From Idiomarina loihiensis L2TR (lineage in GTDB: Bacteria; Pseudomonadota; Gammaproteobacteria; Enterobacterales; Alteromonadaceae): a DNA stretch of 32,000 nucleotides. Location: the NCBI RefSeq assembly GCF_000008465.1, contig NC_006512.1:1620001-1652000 (forward strand). The letters run 5' to 3'. Numbering within the stretch: the stretch's first letter is position 1; the number at the start of each line of letters is the position of its first letter. The position numbers and the translations under genes were made by a program. Below are positions 1 to 10,031 of this stretch, piece after piece. The notes under the pieces are model-generated. The model saw nothing but the letters and a program-made list of their open reading frames with translations. It was not told where the DNA came from and did no database searches.

Positions 1-231
1 TCGATGAGTGCCGGCCCGGGGAAAGTAGAAGTTCAGGGTGTTACTGAAATTGCTGGTGAGAAAGTCTTTGCCTTACGCTTTATCCAGGGGCGCAATCCGG
101 ACTGGGTACAACGTCCCTTCTTCGCTAAATATGATCCGGATGCCACCTGGCTGCATCACTTAAAACCAGCTTTTGGTGAGGAAAAATTCTTTTTCGAAGA
201 TGAGTATTCAAAAATGTCGGCGATGGATTAA
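1..231 (+). CDS. 3' end of a CDS of unknown function, open to the left window edge
   Basis: The frame is open from base 1 to TAA at 229-231. I recognise no motif in the 75 C-terminal residues. Its stop overlaps the kdsB stop on the other strand. Confidence 0.5.
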   Translation, partial: SMSAGPGKVEVQGVTEIAGEKVFALRFIQGRNPDWVQRPFFAKYDPDATWLHHLKPAFGEEKFFFEDEYSKMSAMD

Positions 232-989
232 CCATCGCCTGCCAGTTTTCGTGCCCGCTGCAGGTCCTCTTCAGTATCAATGCCTGTAGCCGGTGCGAGA
301 ATGGCTTCAGCGACATGAATACGTTCTCCGTGCCAAAGCACCCGCAATTGTTCTAACGACTCAAGCTGTTCAATAGGGCTTGGCTCCCATTCAATATAAC
401 GTCTGACAAAACCCGCCCGATAAGCATAAATACCAATGTGACGATGATAATGCTCAGTAACGACATTTGTCGCCCGGTCGGCAGAAAAGTGCTCTCTGTC
501 CCAGGGAATTGCGGCACGGCTAAAGTACAGCGCATAACCCGCAGCATCGGTAACCACTTTTACTGTATTCGGGTTAAAAATATCTTCAGCGTCAGTAATG
601 GGCACGGCCAGCGTCGCCATAGGTGCCTGCCGTTGATTCGCTAAGTTATCGGCAACCTGTCGAATAATTTCAGGCGGAATAAAGGGCTCATCACCCTGAA
701 CATTAACCACCACCTCGTTTTCTGCCAGAGCTAATTGTTCGATAACTTCAGCCAAACGTTCCGTACCCGAGGAGTGCTCACTTGAGGTCATCATTACGCG
801 ACCACCAAACTTATCAACGCCCTCTTTAATCCGCATATCATCGGTAGCAACTATGACTTCGGCAGCGCCACTAGCCTCAGCTCGCTCAACCACATGCTGA
901 ATCATCGGCTTTCCGGCAATATCGGCTAAAGGTTTGCCCGGCAAGCGGCTGGAACCGTAGCGAGCTGGAATGACAACGGTAAAACTCAT
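228..989 (-). CDS. kdsB: 3-deoxy-manno-octulosonate cytidylyltransferase (CMP-KDO synthetase)
   Basis: 253 aa. The N-terminus [29 protein letters not shown] and the internal VNVQGDEP are typical of KdsB. It sits downstream of lpxK-ycaR as in E. coli. An ATGA overlap joins it to the upstream gene. Confidence 0.95.
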   Translation of the reverse strand: MSFTVVIPARYGSSRLPGKPLADIAGKPMIQHVVERAEASGAAEVIVATDDMRIKEGVDKFGGRVMMTSSEHSSGTERLAEVIEQLALAENEVVVNVQGDEPFIPPEIIRQVADNLANQRQAPMATLAVPITDAEDIFNPNTVKVVTDAAGYALYFSRAAIPWDREHFSADRATNVVTEHYHRHIGIYAYRAGFVRRYIEWEPSPIEQLESLEQLRVLWHGERIHVAEAILAPATGIDTEEDLQRARKLAGDG

Positions 990-1183
990 GAAGGAACCTT
1001 TTCTAACTCTTCTGATGATAACTCGCGAGCCTTATCCGCTATAAGCACGGGAATATTCTCGTCTATTGGATATGCGAGGCGTTCTCCGCGGCATACTAAC
1101 TCGTCTTTATCGGCGTAATAGGTCAGTTTCCCTTTACACTTTGGACACGCCAATATTGCTAATGTCGTTTTATCGATGGCCAT
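986..1183 (-). CDS. ycaR: Trm112/YcaR-family small zinc-ribbon-like protein (UPF0434)
   Basis: 65 aa with CPKCKG...L.C and the C-terminal IPVLL-like segment. It holds the conserved position between lpxK and kdsB. Confidence 0.85.
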   Translation of the reverse strand: MAIDKTTLAILACPKCKGKLTYYADKDELVCRGERLAYPIDENIPVLIADKARELSSEELEKVPS

Positions 1184-2159
1184 TTTTCTTCCTTTCCAGC
1201 TCTGCCAATAAGTTAGTTTTCATCACTTCGGGCAGCTTCGCTTCAATTGTTTGGTAATACCAGTCAGCTTGCGCAAAAGACTGGCATTTACCAGCATCTT
1301 TTTCTGTCATTAATATAGGGTTACTAGCCAGGTTAGAAAAGTCCTGTTGACTAAAAGCGTGATGATCCGCAAAGCTCTGACTGTTCTCCAGTTCAATACC
1401 CTGCTCAATTAGCGAGTTAAAAAATCGCTGCGGATAACCAATACCAGCCACGGCATTAAATTTGCTCTCGGTTTTTAACGCAACTTGCTCGTTATTATCA
1501 ACCCGGTACCAGTTGCCAGGCTCGACATCCACAACATGTCGGGCGAATGCATGACGACCATAGTTAGAAATAACCCAGTCCGCACCTTTGAGACGCCATG
1601 GGCCTTCCCGTAATGGGCCCGCAGGCAAAAGCCATCCATTTCCGGTGCCTCGCTCAGCGTCTATCATAATTAATTCAATATCGCGTTTGAGTGCATAATG
1701 CTGTAACCCGTCATCACAGATAATAACGTCTACTTTGGGGTGTTGTTCCGCCATAAGCTTTGCAGCCTGAGCTCGTTTGGGCGCAATAACAACCGGGCAG
1801 CCAGTGCGACGACGCATGAGCAAAGGTTCATCACCGGCTTTTTCCGGAGAGTCGCTCTCTAAAACCTCGTAGGGAAAAGGCCCTTTTGCACCGTAACCAC
1901 GACTGATAATGCCCGGATTCCAGCCCTCATCTTTGAGCCATTGACTTAAGGCCACAACCATAGGTGTTTTGCCAGTGCCGCCCACGCTAATGTTTCCCAC
2001 TACTATGACCGGAACATCAGCTTTATAGCGTGGCATTAACCCCAAAGCATAAAAACTGCGACGCAAATTTGTTACCAGCCAAAACACCAGCGACAGTGGT
2101 GTCAGCAAAAACAGTAAAGGGTGCAGCCTGGCTTTATACCACTGCTTTTGAAGCCACAT
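1170..2159 (-). CDS. lpxK: tetraacyldisaccharide 4'-kinase
   Basis: 329 aa with an N-terminal TM segment and the P-loop VGNISVGGTGKTP. It lies immediately downstream of msbA at a TAATG junction. Confidence 0.93.
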   Translation of the reverse strand: MWLQKQWYKARLHPLLFLLTPLSLVFWLVTNLRRSFYALGLMPRYKADVPVIVVGNISVGGTGKTPMVVALSQWLKDEGWNPGIISRGYGAKGPFPYEVLESDSPEKAGDEPLLMRRRTGCPVVIAPKRAQAAKLMAEQHPKVDVIICDDGLQHYALKRDIELIMIDAERGTGNGWLLPAGPLREGPWRLKGADWVISNYGRHAFARHVVDVEPGNWYRVDNNEQVALKTESKFNAVAGIGYPQRFFNSLIEQGIELENSQSFADHHAFSQQDFSNLASNPILMTEKDAGKCQSFAQADWYYQTIEAKLPEVMKTNLLAELERKKNGHR

Positions 2160-3907
2160 TAGGCGCTCCCGCTAAACTGCAAGTTATGCAGCTGAAAATA
2201 TGCGCCTTCCTGATCAAGCAATTGCTGGTGTGTACCGCGCTCAATAATCTCACCGTTGTCCATAACTAAAATTTCATCAGCATTTTCAATGGTTGATAAA
2301 CGGTGTGCAATGACAATAGCTGTACGGTTTTTACGTAAGGTTCCCAGGGCATCCTGAATATGACGCTCGGACTCAGTATCCAACGCCGATGTCGCTTCAT
2401 CCAGTATCAGAATAGGCGCGTCTTGTAATAGCGCACGGGCTATGGCTATACGCTGACGCTGACCACCGGATAACATCACCCCATTCTCGCCCACCATAGT
2501 ATCCAGGCCTTTCGGCATGCTGTCGGTGAATTCAGTAACGTATGCTTGTTCAGCGGCTTTAATAATATTTTCACGTGATACATCTTTTGAAGCGCCGTAA
2601 GCAATGTTGTTTGCTATGGTGTCGTTAAACAAGGTTACATGCTGAGACACCAGCGCAAACTGACGCCTTAGGCATTTCAGTTTATAATCGTTAATATTGT
2701 GGCCATCAAGCAAAATGCTGCCCTGCTCTACATCGTAGAACCGCGTAAGCAAGTTCGATATTGTCGACTTACCACTACCTGAACGGCCCACCAGCGCCAC
2801 AGTTTTGCCCTGATCAACTTTAAAATTAATGTGCTCTAACGCAGGTTCATCATCTTTTTGATAAGAAAAGGTCACATCATCAAAAACAATATCACCTGCT
2901 GCACGATCAACCACTCGCGAACCTTTATCAACTTCAATCGGCTCGTCCAGAATTGCAAACACGCTGGTTGCCGCCGCAATACCGCGCTGGAAATCACTGT
3001 TTACGTTAGTCAGCTGCTTTAACGGGCGCAGCAACATGATCATAGCGGTAAGTAACGTAGTAAAAGCACCGGCCGAAAGCTCACCCAGCATTTCTGGAAA
3101 ACTGGCAATAACCAGAACCATAGAAAGGCTTAACGAAGCTATAAACTGAATAACTGAAGTGCTAATAGCCCGGGTATTCACCAGCTTCATATTCTGGTTA
3201 CGAGTAATATTATTTATTTCCGAAAAACGTGTCGACTCACCTTTTTGCCCCTGATGCATGATCACAACCTTATGGCCGTTGATCATCTGCTCTGCAGTTG
3301 TGGTTACATTACCCATAGCGGTCTGAATACGACTACTTACTTTGCGGAAACGACGTGAAACAACCCCGACAACTTTTGCAACCAAGGGGCCTATCACCAA
3401 AAATACCAATGATAATTGCCAGCTTTGATAAAACATCAAACCCAATAAACCGGCGACGAACGCGCCTTCTTTCACCAAGACCAAAACGGCCCGGCTACTC
3501 GCTTCCGCCACCTGCTGAGTGTCATAAGTTATTTTTGAAATCAAGTCACCGGTTGAATGCTGGTCATGGAAACCCACCGGCAGTTTCATCATATGGTCAA
3601 AAAGCTGCTGCCGCATTTTAGTAACGACTTTAAAACCCACCCAATGCAGGAAATAGCTGGAAGCAACATTCAAAGAACCACGAAGGATGAAAATAAAAGG
3701 AACAAAGAGGGCACCGTAAAGCAATATATTAGAGTCTTGCTCTGTTAACCCATCATCTATTAACGTTTCAATTTGGGATAAGAACAATGTATCAATGGCA
3801 GAGTAACCAATCATACACAGGATAGCAGCGATAAAAGCTGCCTTATAAGGTTTGATATAACCTAATAAGCGTTTAAAGGTCGTCTTCTTTTTAAGCTGAG
3901 AATCCAT
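2159..3907 (-). CDS. msbA: lipid A export ABC transporter permease/ATPase
   Basis: 582 aa. A six-TM N-terminal half is followed by Walker A GRSGSGKST, signature LSGGQRQRIAIARA and Walker B ILILDEATSALD. It shows msbA-lpxK synteny. Confidence 0.93.
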   Translation of the reverse strand: MDSQLKKKTTFKRLLGYIKPYKAAFIAAILCMIGYSAIDTLFLSQIETLIDDGLTEQDSNILLYGALFVPFIFILRGSLNVASSYFLHWVGFKVVTKMRQQLFDHMMKLPVGFHDQHSTGDLISKITYDTQQVAEASSRAVLVLVKEGAFVAGLLGLMFYQSWQLSLVFLVIGPLVAKVVGVVSRRFRKVSSRIQTAMGNVTTTAEQMINGHKVVIMHQGQKGESTRFSEINNITRNQNMKLVNTRAISTSVIQFIASLSLSMVLVIASFPEMLGELSAGAFTTLLTAMIMLLRPLKQLTNVNSDFQRGIAAATSVFAILDEPIEVDKGSRVVDRAAGDIVFDDVTFSYQKDDEPALEHINFKVDQGKTVALVGRSGSGKSTISNLLTRFYDVEQGSILLDGHNINDYKLKCLRRQFALVSQHVTLFNDTIANNIAYGASKDVSRENIIKAAEQAYVTEFTDSMPKGLDTMVGENGVMLSGGQRQRIAIARALLQDAPILILDEATSALDTESERHIQDALGTLRKNRTAIVIAHRLSTIENADEILVMDNGEIIERGTHQQLLDQEGAYFQLHNLQFSGSA

Positions 3908-3942
3908 GTAGTCTCAAATAAGTCATTAACACTTTTGCTATT

Positions 3943-6240
3943 CTACCTGTTTTCAAAGGGTAACTCCAAACTCCATGTGTTGCCGTCACTAACAATAGTC
4001 AGTTGCCCGCTGTCCCTAGTTCCAAACCAAGGATTTTGAGTACGGGAGAGCCTTTCCAGTGTATAGCGGTGAGGAAAGTCATAGCCACTATGCTTACCGT
4101 AGCTGATAAGATAGACGTCAGCATTAACCGCCTGTAACAGAGGCCAGCTGGTCGATGTTTTGCTGCCATGGTGTGGAATTAACAGAACATTAGAGTTAGC
4201 TTCTGACTGTTTATGTAAAGACTTCAACAATAATTGCTCTGCCGTCATTTCAATGTCACCGGGCAAAAACATACTGAAGTTTTTATAACTGATGCGTAGT
4301 ACACATGAACGATTATTTTTACTTAACCGATTTGTATTCTGATACGCAGGCGTTGGCCACAAAACCTTCCATTGCATGCTATTCCATTCACCTGTATCAC
4401 CGGCGCGACAAGGTTTATCACTGGCATCCCCGCGCCACTCTAGCTGAGGATACCTTTGCTTAAGAAAATCTCTGCCGCCGTTATGATCTCTGTCGCCATG
4501 GCTGATAAAAACCAGCTCAGGGCGCAAACCATGGTAATTAAGAAAAGGTTCAATAACAGATTCTGCAACACTGAAACCGGAGTTAAACTCAATACCGGTA
4601 TCAATTAGCATGGCTTTACCGTCTTTCTCTAGCACCACAGCCTGACTTTGGCCCACGTCCAGAACATGAAGACGCAGTTTCCCGTCCCGTTGATTAAAAA
4701 ATAAAAAAGCAGCAACAGGCAAACACAGTAATAGACCTAACCGATGCCAGCCGCGGCTTACCGGCAACAACAAAGCCGCAGCAAGTGCGAACAAAGCAGC
4801 AAACCGCGCTGCACGGGTTATTGGCCATTGGTTCAGTTCCAGCCAATTAGCCGGGTGCCCCGCTACAGCTTCCAATAGTGGGTTCAAATAGCTAACGGGA
4901 AATTCAGCCAATTGCCAAAAAAGGACAGCGAAACCAGAATCAAACAACACCAAAACCGTTCCTATTAAAGCCAGCGGCAATAACCAAAAACTGATAACAG
5001 GTAACACCAACAAATTGACGACGGGAGCAAAAAGCGAAAAACCACCAAATAATAAAAATGATAAAGGAGACATCACCACCAACAGCAGCCACTGAATTGA
5101 CCAGAGGCTTTTTACCGCGGAGAAACGACCACGACTTTTGCTCCATCGCCAACTGGCAAGAAAAAGTGCGGCAACGGCAGTAATAGATAACCAAAAACCG
5201 GGATCCTGCCAGGCAAAAACATCAACCACTAATACTGCTGCCACCACTCGCAACAATAAACTTAGCGGATTTAATTTGAGATTTAACACAATATGCAGAA
5301 GAACCACCAGAAACATGGTTAACGCTCTGACAGTCGATATTGAGAAATCTGCCAGGCCGGCATAACCAGTTACCGCCATTGCCGCGAAGGCTAGCGACCA
5401 CAGTCGGATGTTTAGCCGCTCTCTGGTTTGTAAGCTGATGGGAAAACAGTAAAAACAAAAACGAAAGAACAAGACAGCGGCTCCGGCGACCATCCCCAAA
5501 TGTAAACCGGAAATGGCCAGGCTATGAGCTAACCCCGTTTTTTGCCAAATTTCACGAGTGGCGGAGGTCAACAAGCTGCGTTCGCCAATCGTTAATGCAG
5601 CCAATATACCCGGTTCAGATAAGTCAGCTTGTTCTATGCCATTGAAAATTTTTTGTCTAAAACTTATTGAACGGGTCAATTTTTCGCCGCCTTTAACTGT
5701 TCCTAAGGCATAAATATTATTGCGCAGTAAGTATTGCCGGTATCGAAAACTCCCCTGGTTGCGATAGTCAGTTGCCTGTTTCAACTTCACTTCCAGTTGC
5801 CAACGCTCACCAGCTTTCGGCACCTGTTTATGCTGGCTGTTATACCAGTTCAGTTGAACCCGGGGTTGCTGCCAGAATGGTAAAATTTTACCAGACAGAA
5901 CTTCTACCCGGCCTGTCATACGTATATGAAAAGGGTAACGACGCGATATTTCATCTACAACAAGCGTTAGCTGAGTTTCCCGGTCAATCAACCGGTCAGG
6001 TACAGCGCGTAAATTTTGCCAATAAAGGTTGGCATTAGCCCATAAAATACCGCAAAATAACACCATCATTAGTAGTACGATGGTTCGCTGTTTTACTTCC
6101 CTCTGTCTAAAATACAAAAAAGCATAAGCTATCGCCAAAAGTAGTAGAGCGATAGTTGAAACAATTAGCCAAAATTTAATGTCAGAGTGTAACGAGGCGG
6201 ACAATATTCCGCCGATAAAGACCAGTAACCAACGATCCAT
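3943..6240 (-). CDS. comEC: DNA internalization-related competence protein ComEC/Rec2
   Basis: 765 aa. A polytopic membrane core is followed by a C-terminal metallo-beta-lactamase-like domain (VLDVGQSQAV..., SHGDRDHNGG, PHHGS). It sits upstream of msbA, as ycaI does in E. coli. Confidence 0.9.
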   Translation of the reverse strand: MDRWLLVFIGGILSASLHSDIKFWLIVSTIALLLLAIAYAFLYFRQREVKQRTIVLLMMVLFCGILWANANLYWQNLRAVPDRLIDRETQLTLVVDEISRRYPFHIRMTGRVEVLSGKILPFWQQPRVQLNWYNSQHKQVPKAGERWQLEVKLKQATDYRNQGSFRYRQYLLRNNIYALGTVKGGEKLTRSISFRQKIFNGIEQADLSEPGILAALTIGERSLLTSATREIWQKTGLAHSLAISGLHLGMVAGAAVLFFRFCFYCFPISLQTRERLNIRLWSLAFAAMAVTGYAGLADFSISTVRALTMFLVVLLHIVLNLKLNPLSLLLRVVAAVLVVDVFAWQDPGFWLSITAVAALFLASWRWSKSRGRFSAVKSLWSIQWLLLVVMSPLSFLLFGGFSLFAPVVNLLVLPVISFWLLPLALIGTVLVLFDSGFAVLFWQLAEFPVSYLNPLLEAVAGHPANWLELNQWPITRAARFAALFALAAALLLPVSRGWHRLGLLLCLPVAAFLFFNQRDGKLRLHVLDVGQSQAVVLEKDGKAMLIDTGIEFNSGFSVAESVIEPFLNYHGLRPELVFISHGDRDHNGGRDFLKQRYPQLEWRGDASDKPCRAGDTGEWNSMQWKVLWPTPAYQNTNRLSKNNRSCVLRISYKNFSMFLPGDIEMTAEQLLLKSLHKQSEANSNVLLIPHHGSKTSTSWPLLQAVNADVYLISYGKHSGYDFPHRYTLERLSRTQNPWFGTRDSGQLTIVSDGNTWSLELPFENR

Positions 6241-6290
6241 CGTTGCTCCTTCCCTGGGGCAGTAACCGGATAGGTAATAAACGTCATATT

Positions 6291-6806
6291 ATGGCCAGAC
6301 GCTTCATTAAACGCTTAATGCCTGATCATCAAAAAGTGCGCGAATCCAAAGCGATTCGCTTATTCGGCAGCCTTCTGCACGACGCAAACTTATGGCACTT
6401 AAACCGACGGTCAGCTTCAGGCGCATTTGCAGTCGGTCTATTCTGCGCTTTTATACCGGTTCCTTTTCAAATGTTATTAGCGGCAGCGTCGGCAATTCCT
6501 TTTCGCGTTAACCTGCCACTTTCGGTTGGGCTTGTCTGGGTTTCAAACCCTATTACTATGCCGCCAATGTTCTATCTGTGCTATTTAGTCGGCAATGCCC
6601 TGCTGGCAGAGCCACCACAACCCTTTGCTTTTGAACTTAGCTGGGAGTGGTTAATGCACAGCATTTCGACCATCGGTCCAGCATTACTGCTTGGATGTTT
6701 GATTCTTGGCACGTTATCCAGCTTTATTGGTTATATCGGTATTCGCTTACTTTGGCGCCAGTCTGTGGTCAAAGCCTGGCGCCGTCGCAACCCTGAAGGC
6801 AATTAA
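6291..6806 (+). CDS. DUF2062-type small membrane protein
   Basis: About 171 aa counted from ATG 6291; the track ORF begins at TTG 6243. A basic N-terminus is followed by 3-4 hydrophobic segments. It is divergent from comEC. The start choice is uncertain because there is no clear SD. Confidence 0.65.
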   Translation: MARRFIKRLMPDHQKVRESKAIRLFGSLLHDANLWHLNRRSASGAFAVGLFCAFIPVPFQMLLAAASAIPFRVNLPLSVGLVWVSNPITMPPMFYLCYLVGNALLAEPPQPFAFELSWEWLMHSISTIGPALLLGCLILGTLSSFIGYIGIRLLWRQSVVKAWRRRNPEGN

Positions 6807-8038
6807 GTACTTTCGTGCAAGGCTCTGGCGGGTTCCACTTTGACCGCCCGCCAGGCTGGATAAATAGTGGCGAGCAAACTCATTAGCAATGCCACACTGG
6901 CCACTAGAATAACGTCACCCCAAGCCCATTCGGAAGGCACCTCACCAACAAAGTAGATATCGTTGGAAAGCACTTTAAAGTGAAACCAGGATTCAAGTGT
7001 CAGCATAATATCGGGTAAAAACTGAGCCAGAAGTATTCCACAGGCACAACCAATAACCACCCCATAAAGACCATTCATTAACCCCTGTAACACAAAGGAT
7101 TGCAGTAAGGACTTGTCTTTCATACCCAGGGTTTTCAACATGGCAATTTGGCTGCGCTTTTTCGCTACCGTCATAATGAGTGTTGAAACAATATTAAAAC
7201 AGGCTACAGCCATAACCAGAATCAAAACCAGATACACTACCCAGCGCACCAACTCAATATCGCGATATAAATGACCGTGACTTCGGGTCCAGTCATCCAG
7301 ATAGACCAATTCTGGCAACTGGTTACCTATTTCCCGGGCAACCGCAGGAGCCGAAAAAACATCCTTTAACCGCAAGCGTACCGAGCTGACATCACTGGCA
7401 AAACTCAACTCATTCTTAGCCGTTTGCAGAGAGACGTAGGCATTTTGATAGTCAATTTGTCCGCCAAATTTAAACAACCCAGTGACTTCCAGTCGCACCC
7501 GTTCCGGCGAGCGGAAACCTCGCTCAGACTTTTCCGGGGTAAGTAAGGAAACAGAATCGCCAACAGCTAAATTCAGCTTATCGGCTAGCCCCGCCCCTAA
7601 CAGCAAACCACCTTCCTGCTGCCAGCGTTGCCAGTCTTCGCTGCTTACATAATCAGATAAGGCCGATACGTTTTGTTCCTGCTCTGCAGATACTCCCCGA
7701 ACCTGAATACCATGAAAAGTTGACTGGGTTTGCACCATGACGGTGGAATTAATTCCCGGAGCCGCCGCTATAACTTCCGGATGCTGCCGGGCAATTTCCG
7801 CAACCTCCTGCCAGTCTTCCAGTGCGCCCTCGACGGCACTGTACTCGACCTGCGGAACAACCGCCAGTAACCGCTCCTGCAGCACCTGATTAAACCCGTT
7901 CATCATCGACAAAGCCGCAATTAAAACCGCGCAACCAAGCGCTATACCAATAGTGGATGAGGCCGATATAAACGACAAAAAGCCCTGTTTCGCAGTACCT
8001 TTACGAAAGCGTCGGGCTATTAACCAGGCAAGCTGCAT
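6803..8038 (-). CDS. lolE: lipoprotein-releasing ABC transporter permease LolE
   Basis: 411 aa with FtsX/MacB-type topology: a TM segment, a large periplasmic domain, then 3 TM segments. It is the third gene of the lolC-lolD-lolE order. Confidence 0.9.
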   Translation of the reverse strand: MQLAWLIARRFRKGTAKQGFLSFISASSTIGIALGCAVLIAALSMMNGFNQVLQERLLAVVPQVEYSAVEGALEDWQEVAEIARQHPEVIAAAPGINSTVMVQTQSTFHGIQVRGVSAEQEQNVSALSDYVSSEDWQRWQQEGGLLLGAGLADKLNLAVGDSVSLLTPEKSERGFRSPERVRLEVTGLFKFGGQIDYQNAYVSLQTAKNELSFASDVSSVRLRLKDVFSAPAVAREIGNQLPELVYLDDWTRSHGHLYRDIELVRWVVYLVLILVMAVACFNIVSTLIMTVAKKRSQIAMLKTLGMKDKSLLQSFVLQGLMNGLYGVVIGCACGILLAQFLPDIMLTLESWFHFKVLSNDIYFVGEVPSEWAWGDVILVASVALLMSLLATIYPAWRAVKVEPARALHEST

Positions 8039-8724
8039 TAGCCTTGCTCCTTATGCAAAATTCCATTTTTTAAAACTTCTACGCGCTGCAGTTGCTCAGC
8101 CAGCTGTAAGTCATGAGTGACCACAATAAAAGCCGTGCCCATTTCCTGGTTCAGCTCCAGCATTAACTGATAAATACTCTCAGCCGCTTCACCATCGAGG
8201 TTACCGGTTGGCTCATCAGCCAGCACAACCTGTGGTTTATTCACAAAAGCCCTGGCTATTGCAACCCGTTGACGTTCACCGCCGGAGAGCTGTGCCGGAC
8301 GATGCGACAACCGATGCTCTAATCCCACGCGTACTAAAAGCTGCTCAGCCTGCTGTTTAGCTTCCGTCGGACTTTTACCAGCTATCATTTGCGGCATTGC
8401 AACGTTTTCCAACGCTGAAAATTCCGGCAATAAATGATGAAACTGATACACAAAGCCAAGGTTCTGGTTACGCCACTGCGCCAACTTGTCGGCTTTCCAG
8501 GGCGTCATTTCCTGATCTTTATAAAATAATTGACCCGATGAGGGTTTATCCAGTCCACCCAACAAATGCAGCAAAGTGCTTTTACCCGAGCCTGACGCTC
8601 CGACTACGGCAACCATTTCTCCGGCTTGCAGCGCAAAATCAATGTCTTTTAAAACGGTAACCTGGTCGCCCCCGTCCTGATAGGATTTACTCAATTCTTT
8701 GCAACGCAACAGCGCGTCAGTCAT
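8038..8724 (-). CDS. lolD: lipoprotein-releasing ABC transporter ATP-binding protein LolD
   Basis: Walker A GASGSGKST, signature LSGGERQRVAIARA, Walker B VVLADEPTGNLD. The start is taken at ATG 8724-8722 (MTDALLRCKEL), which overlaps the lolC stop as ATGACTGA. Confidence 0.93.
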   Translation of the reverse strand: MTDALLRCKELSKSYQDGGDQVTVLKDIDFALQAGEMVAVVGASGSGKSTLLHLLGGLDKPSSGQLFYKDQEMTPWKADKLAQWRNQNLGFVYQFHHLLPEFSALENVAMPQMIAGKSPTEAKQQAEQLLVRVGLEHRLSHRPAQLSGGERQRVAIARAFVNKPQVVLADEPTGNLDGEAAESIYQLMLELNQEMGTAFIVVTHDLQLAEQLQRVEVLKNGILHKEQG

Positions 8725-9946
8725 AGCGTAATGCCTCCGAGGGTTGAACATGTGCGGCTTGTGATGCGGGATATAGCGTTGCCACCAAAGTTAAGGTAAT
8801 TGCGGCAACCACGGTAATAATAACCTGAGACACGTTAATAATAATTGGCAAACCTTCATCTGATCCGGCAAAGATCTGTGCACCGAATAAAGCCAGAATA
8901 TCATTCAGATACCAGCTCAATATCAGCCCCAGAATAACGCCAATTAATGATCCCAGAACGCCGTTATAAAGCCCCTGCAATAAAAATACCGTGCGTATAC
9001 GCCCGTTAGATAAACCCAACGTTTGTAATATGGCGATATCGTGGCGTTTGTCGTTTATCACCATAATAAGAGCCGATAAAGTATTAAACGCAGCAACAGC
9101 AATGATTAGCGCCAGCATTAACCACATCATGCGTTTTTCCATGCCAACTGCTTCAAATAACTGGCCATAATTTTGTCGCCAGTCGCTGGTCGTTAATTGC
9201 GTTTTATTGCGCAGACTTTCTGCCACTTGGGGGGCTTTAAAAGCGTCATCTAAAAACAACTGCAGCCCACTCACTTTTCCTTCAGGTAAGCGAATTAAAC
9301 GAGCTAAGTCACTACCGTGGGCAAAAACAACCGATTCATCCACCTCTGAGCCCATAGAAAAGAACCCGGTAACGACAAAGCGGCGCTGCGACGGCACTAG
9401 TCCAAAAGGTGTATAAACACCGCCCTGCGCGGCAATAATTCGAATGTTATCGCCAACGGTTATTCCTTGTTTTTGCGCCAGTCGCTGACCTATTATCAAG
9501 TGATAACTGCCCGGGGTTAGACTGAGCCAGTCACCAACCACCATTTTATCTTCGAGTGAAAGAGGTACCTCGCCCGCATCCGGGTAAATGCCCTGTATAT
9601 TGGCTACCGACATCTTTTCTGAAAACTGCAATATGCCCTGCGTTTGCACATACGGCATTGACCCTTTAATAGCCTCTAGTTCGGGCAGTTGCTCCTGGGT
9701 TTTACGCCAGTTTGTCAGTTCCGTAGTGCTGTCAGCGTCGGTTAGGGTTACCTGAGGGACTGCGCCCAAAATCCGTTCTTTCAATTGGCCTTCAAAACCG
9801 TTCATAACCGACATGACAACCACCAGAGCCATAACCCCAAGGGCAATACCGGCAAAGGCAAAGCGGTTGATAAAGGCGGTAAACGCAGACCCCTGCCTTG
9901 CCCGACTATAGCGCAGGCCAATAAACAGCACGACCGGCTGAAACAT
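8717..9946 (-). CDS. lolC: lipoprotein-releasing ABC transporter permease LolC
   Basis: 409 aa and paralogous to the lolE product. It is the first gene of the lolCDE order. GAGGG lies upstream of the ATG. Confidence 0.9.
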   Translation of the reverse strand: MFQPVVLFIGLRYSRARQGSAFTAFINRFAFAGIALGVMALVVVMSVMNGFEGQLKERILGAVPQVTLTDADSTTELTNWRKTQEQLPELEAIKGSMPYVQTQGILQFSEKMSVANIQGIYPDAGEVPLSLEDKMVVGDWLSLTPGSYHLIIGQRLAQKQGITVGDNIRIIAAQGGVYTPFGLVPSQRRFVVTGFFSMGSEVDESVVFAHGSDLARLIRLPEGKVSGLQLFLDDAFKAPQVAESLRNKTQLTTSDWRQNYGQLFEAVGMEKRMMWLMLALIIAVAAFNTLSALIMVINDKRHDIAILQTLGLSNGRIRTVFLLQGLYNGVLGSLIGVILGLILSWYLNDILALFGAQIFAGSDEGLPIIINVSQVIITVVAAITLTLVATLYPASQAAHVQPSEALRYD

Positions 9947-9967
9947 ATACCCTCAATTATTTGATGG

Positions 9968-9995
9968 TTGCTAATTCATAACGAGCAAGGATAAT
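9968..9995 (+). promoter_or_regulatory. candidate sigma70 promoter for the PilZ-like gene
   Basis: TTGCTA (9968-9973), a 16-nt spacer, then GATAAT (9990-9995), about 36 nt upstream of ATG 10032. This is a pattern match only. Confidence 0.3.
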
Positions 9996-10031
9996 GAGTT
10001 GTATTGAGCCTGACAACTAAAAGCCGACACA

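Noticed and set aside
221-237. The palindrome CGATGGATTAACCATCG at the kdsB stop, considered as an intrinsic terminator.
   Set aside because: It has a 6-bp stem and no U-tract on either strand, and it lies within coding sequence of both genes. It is more likely a by-product of the overlapping stops.
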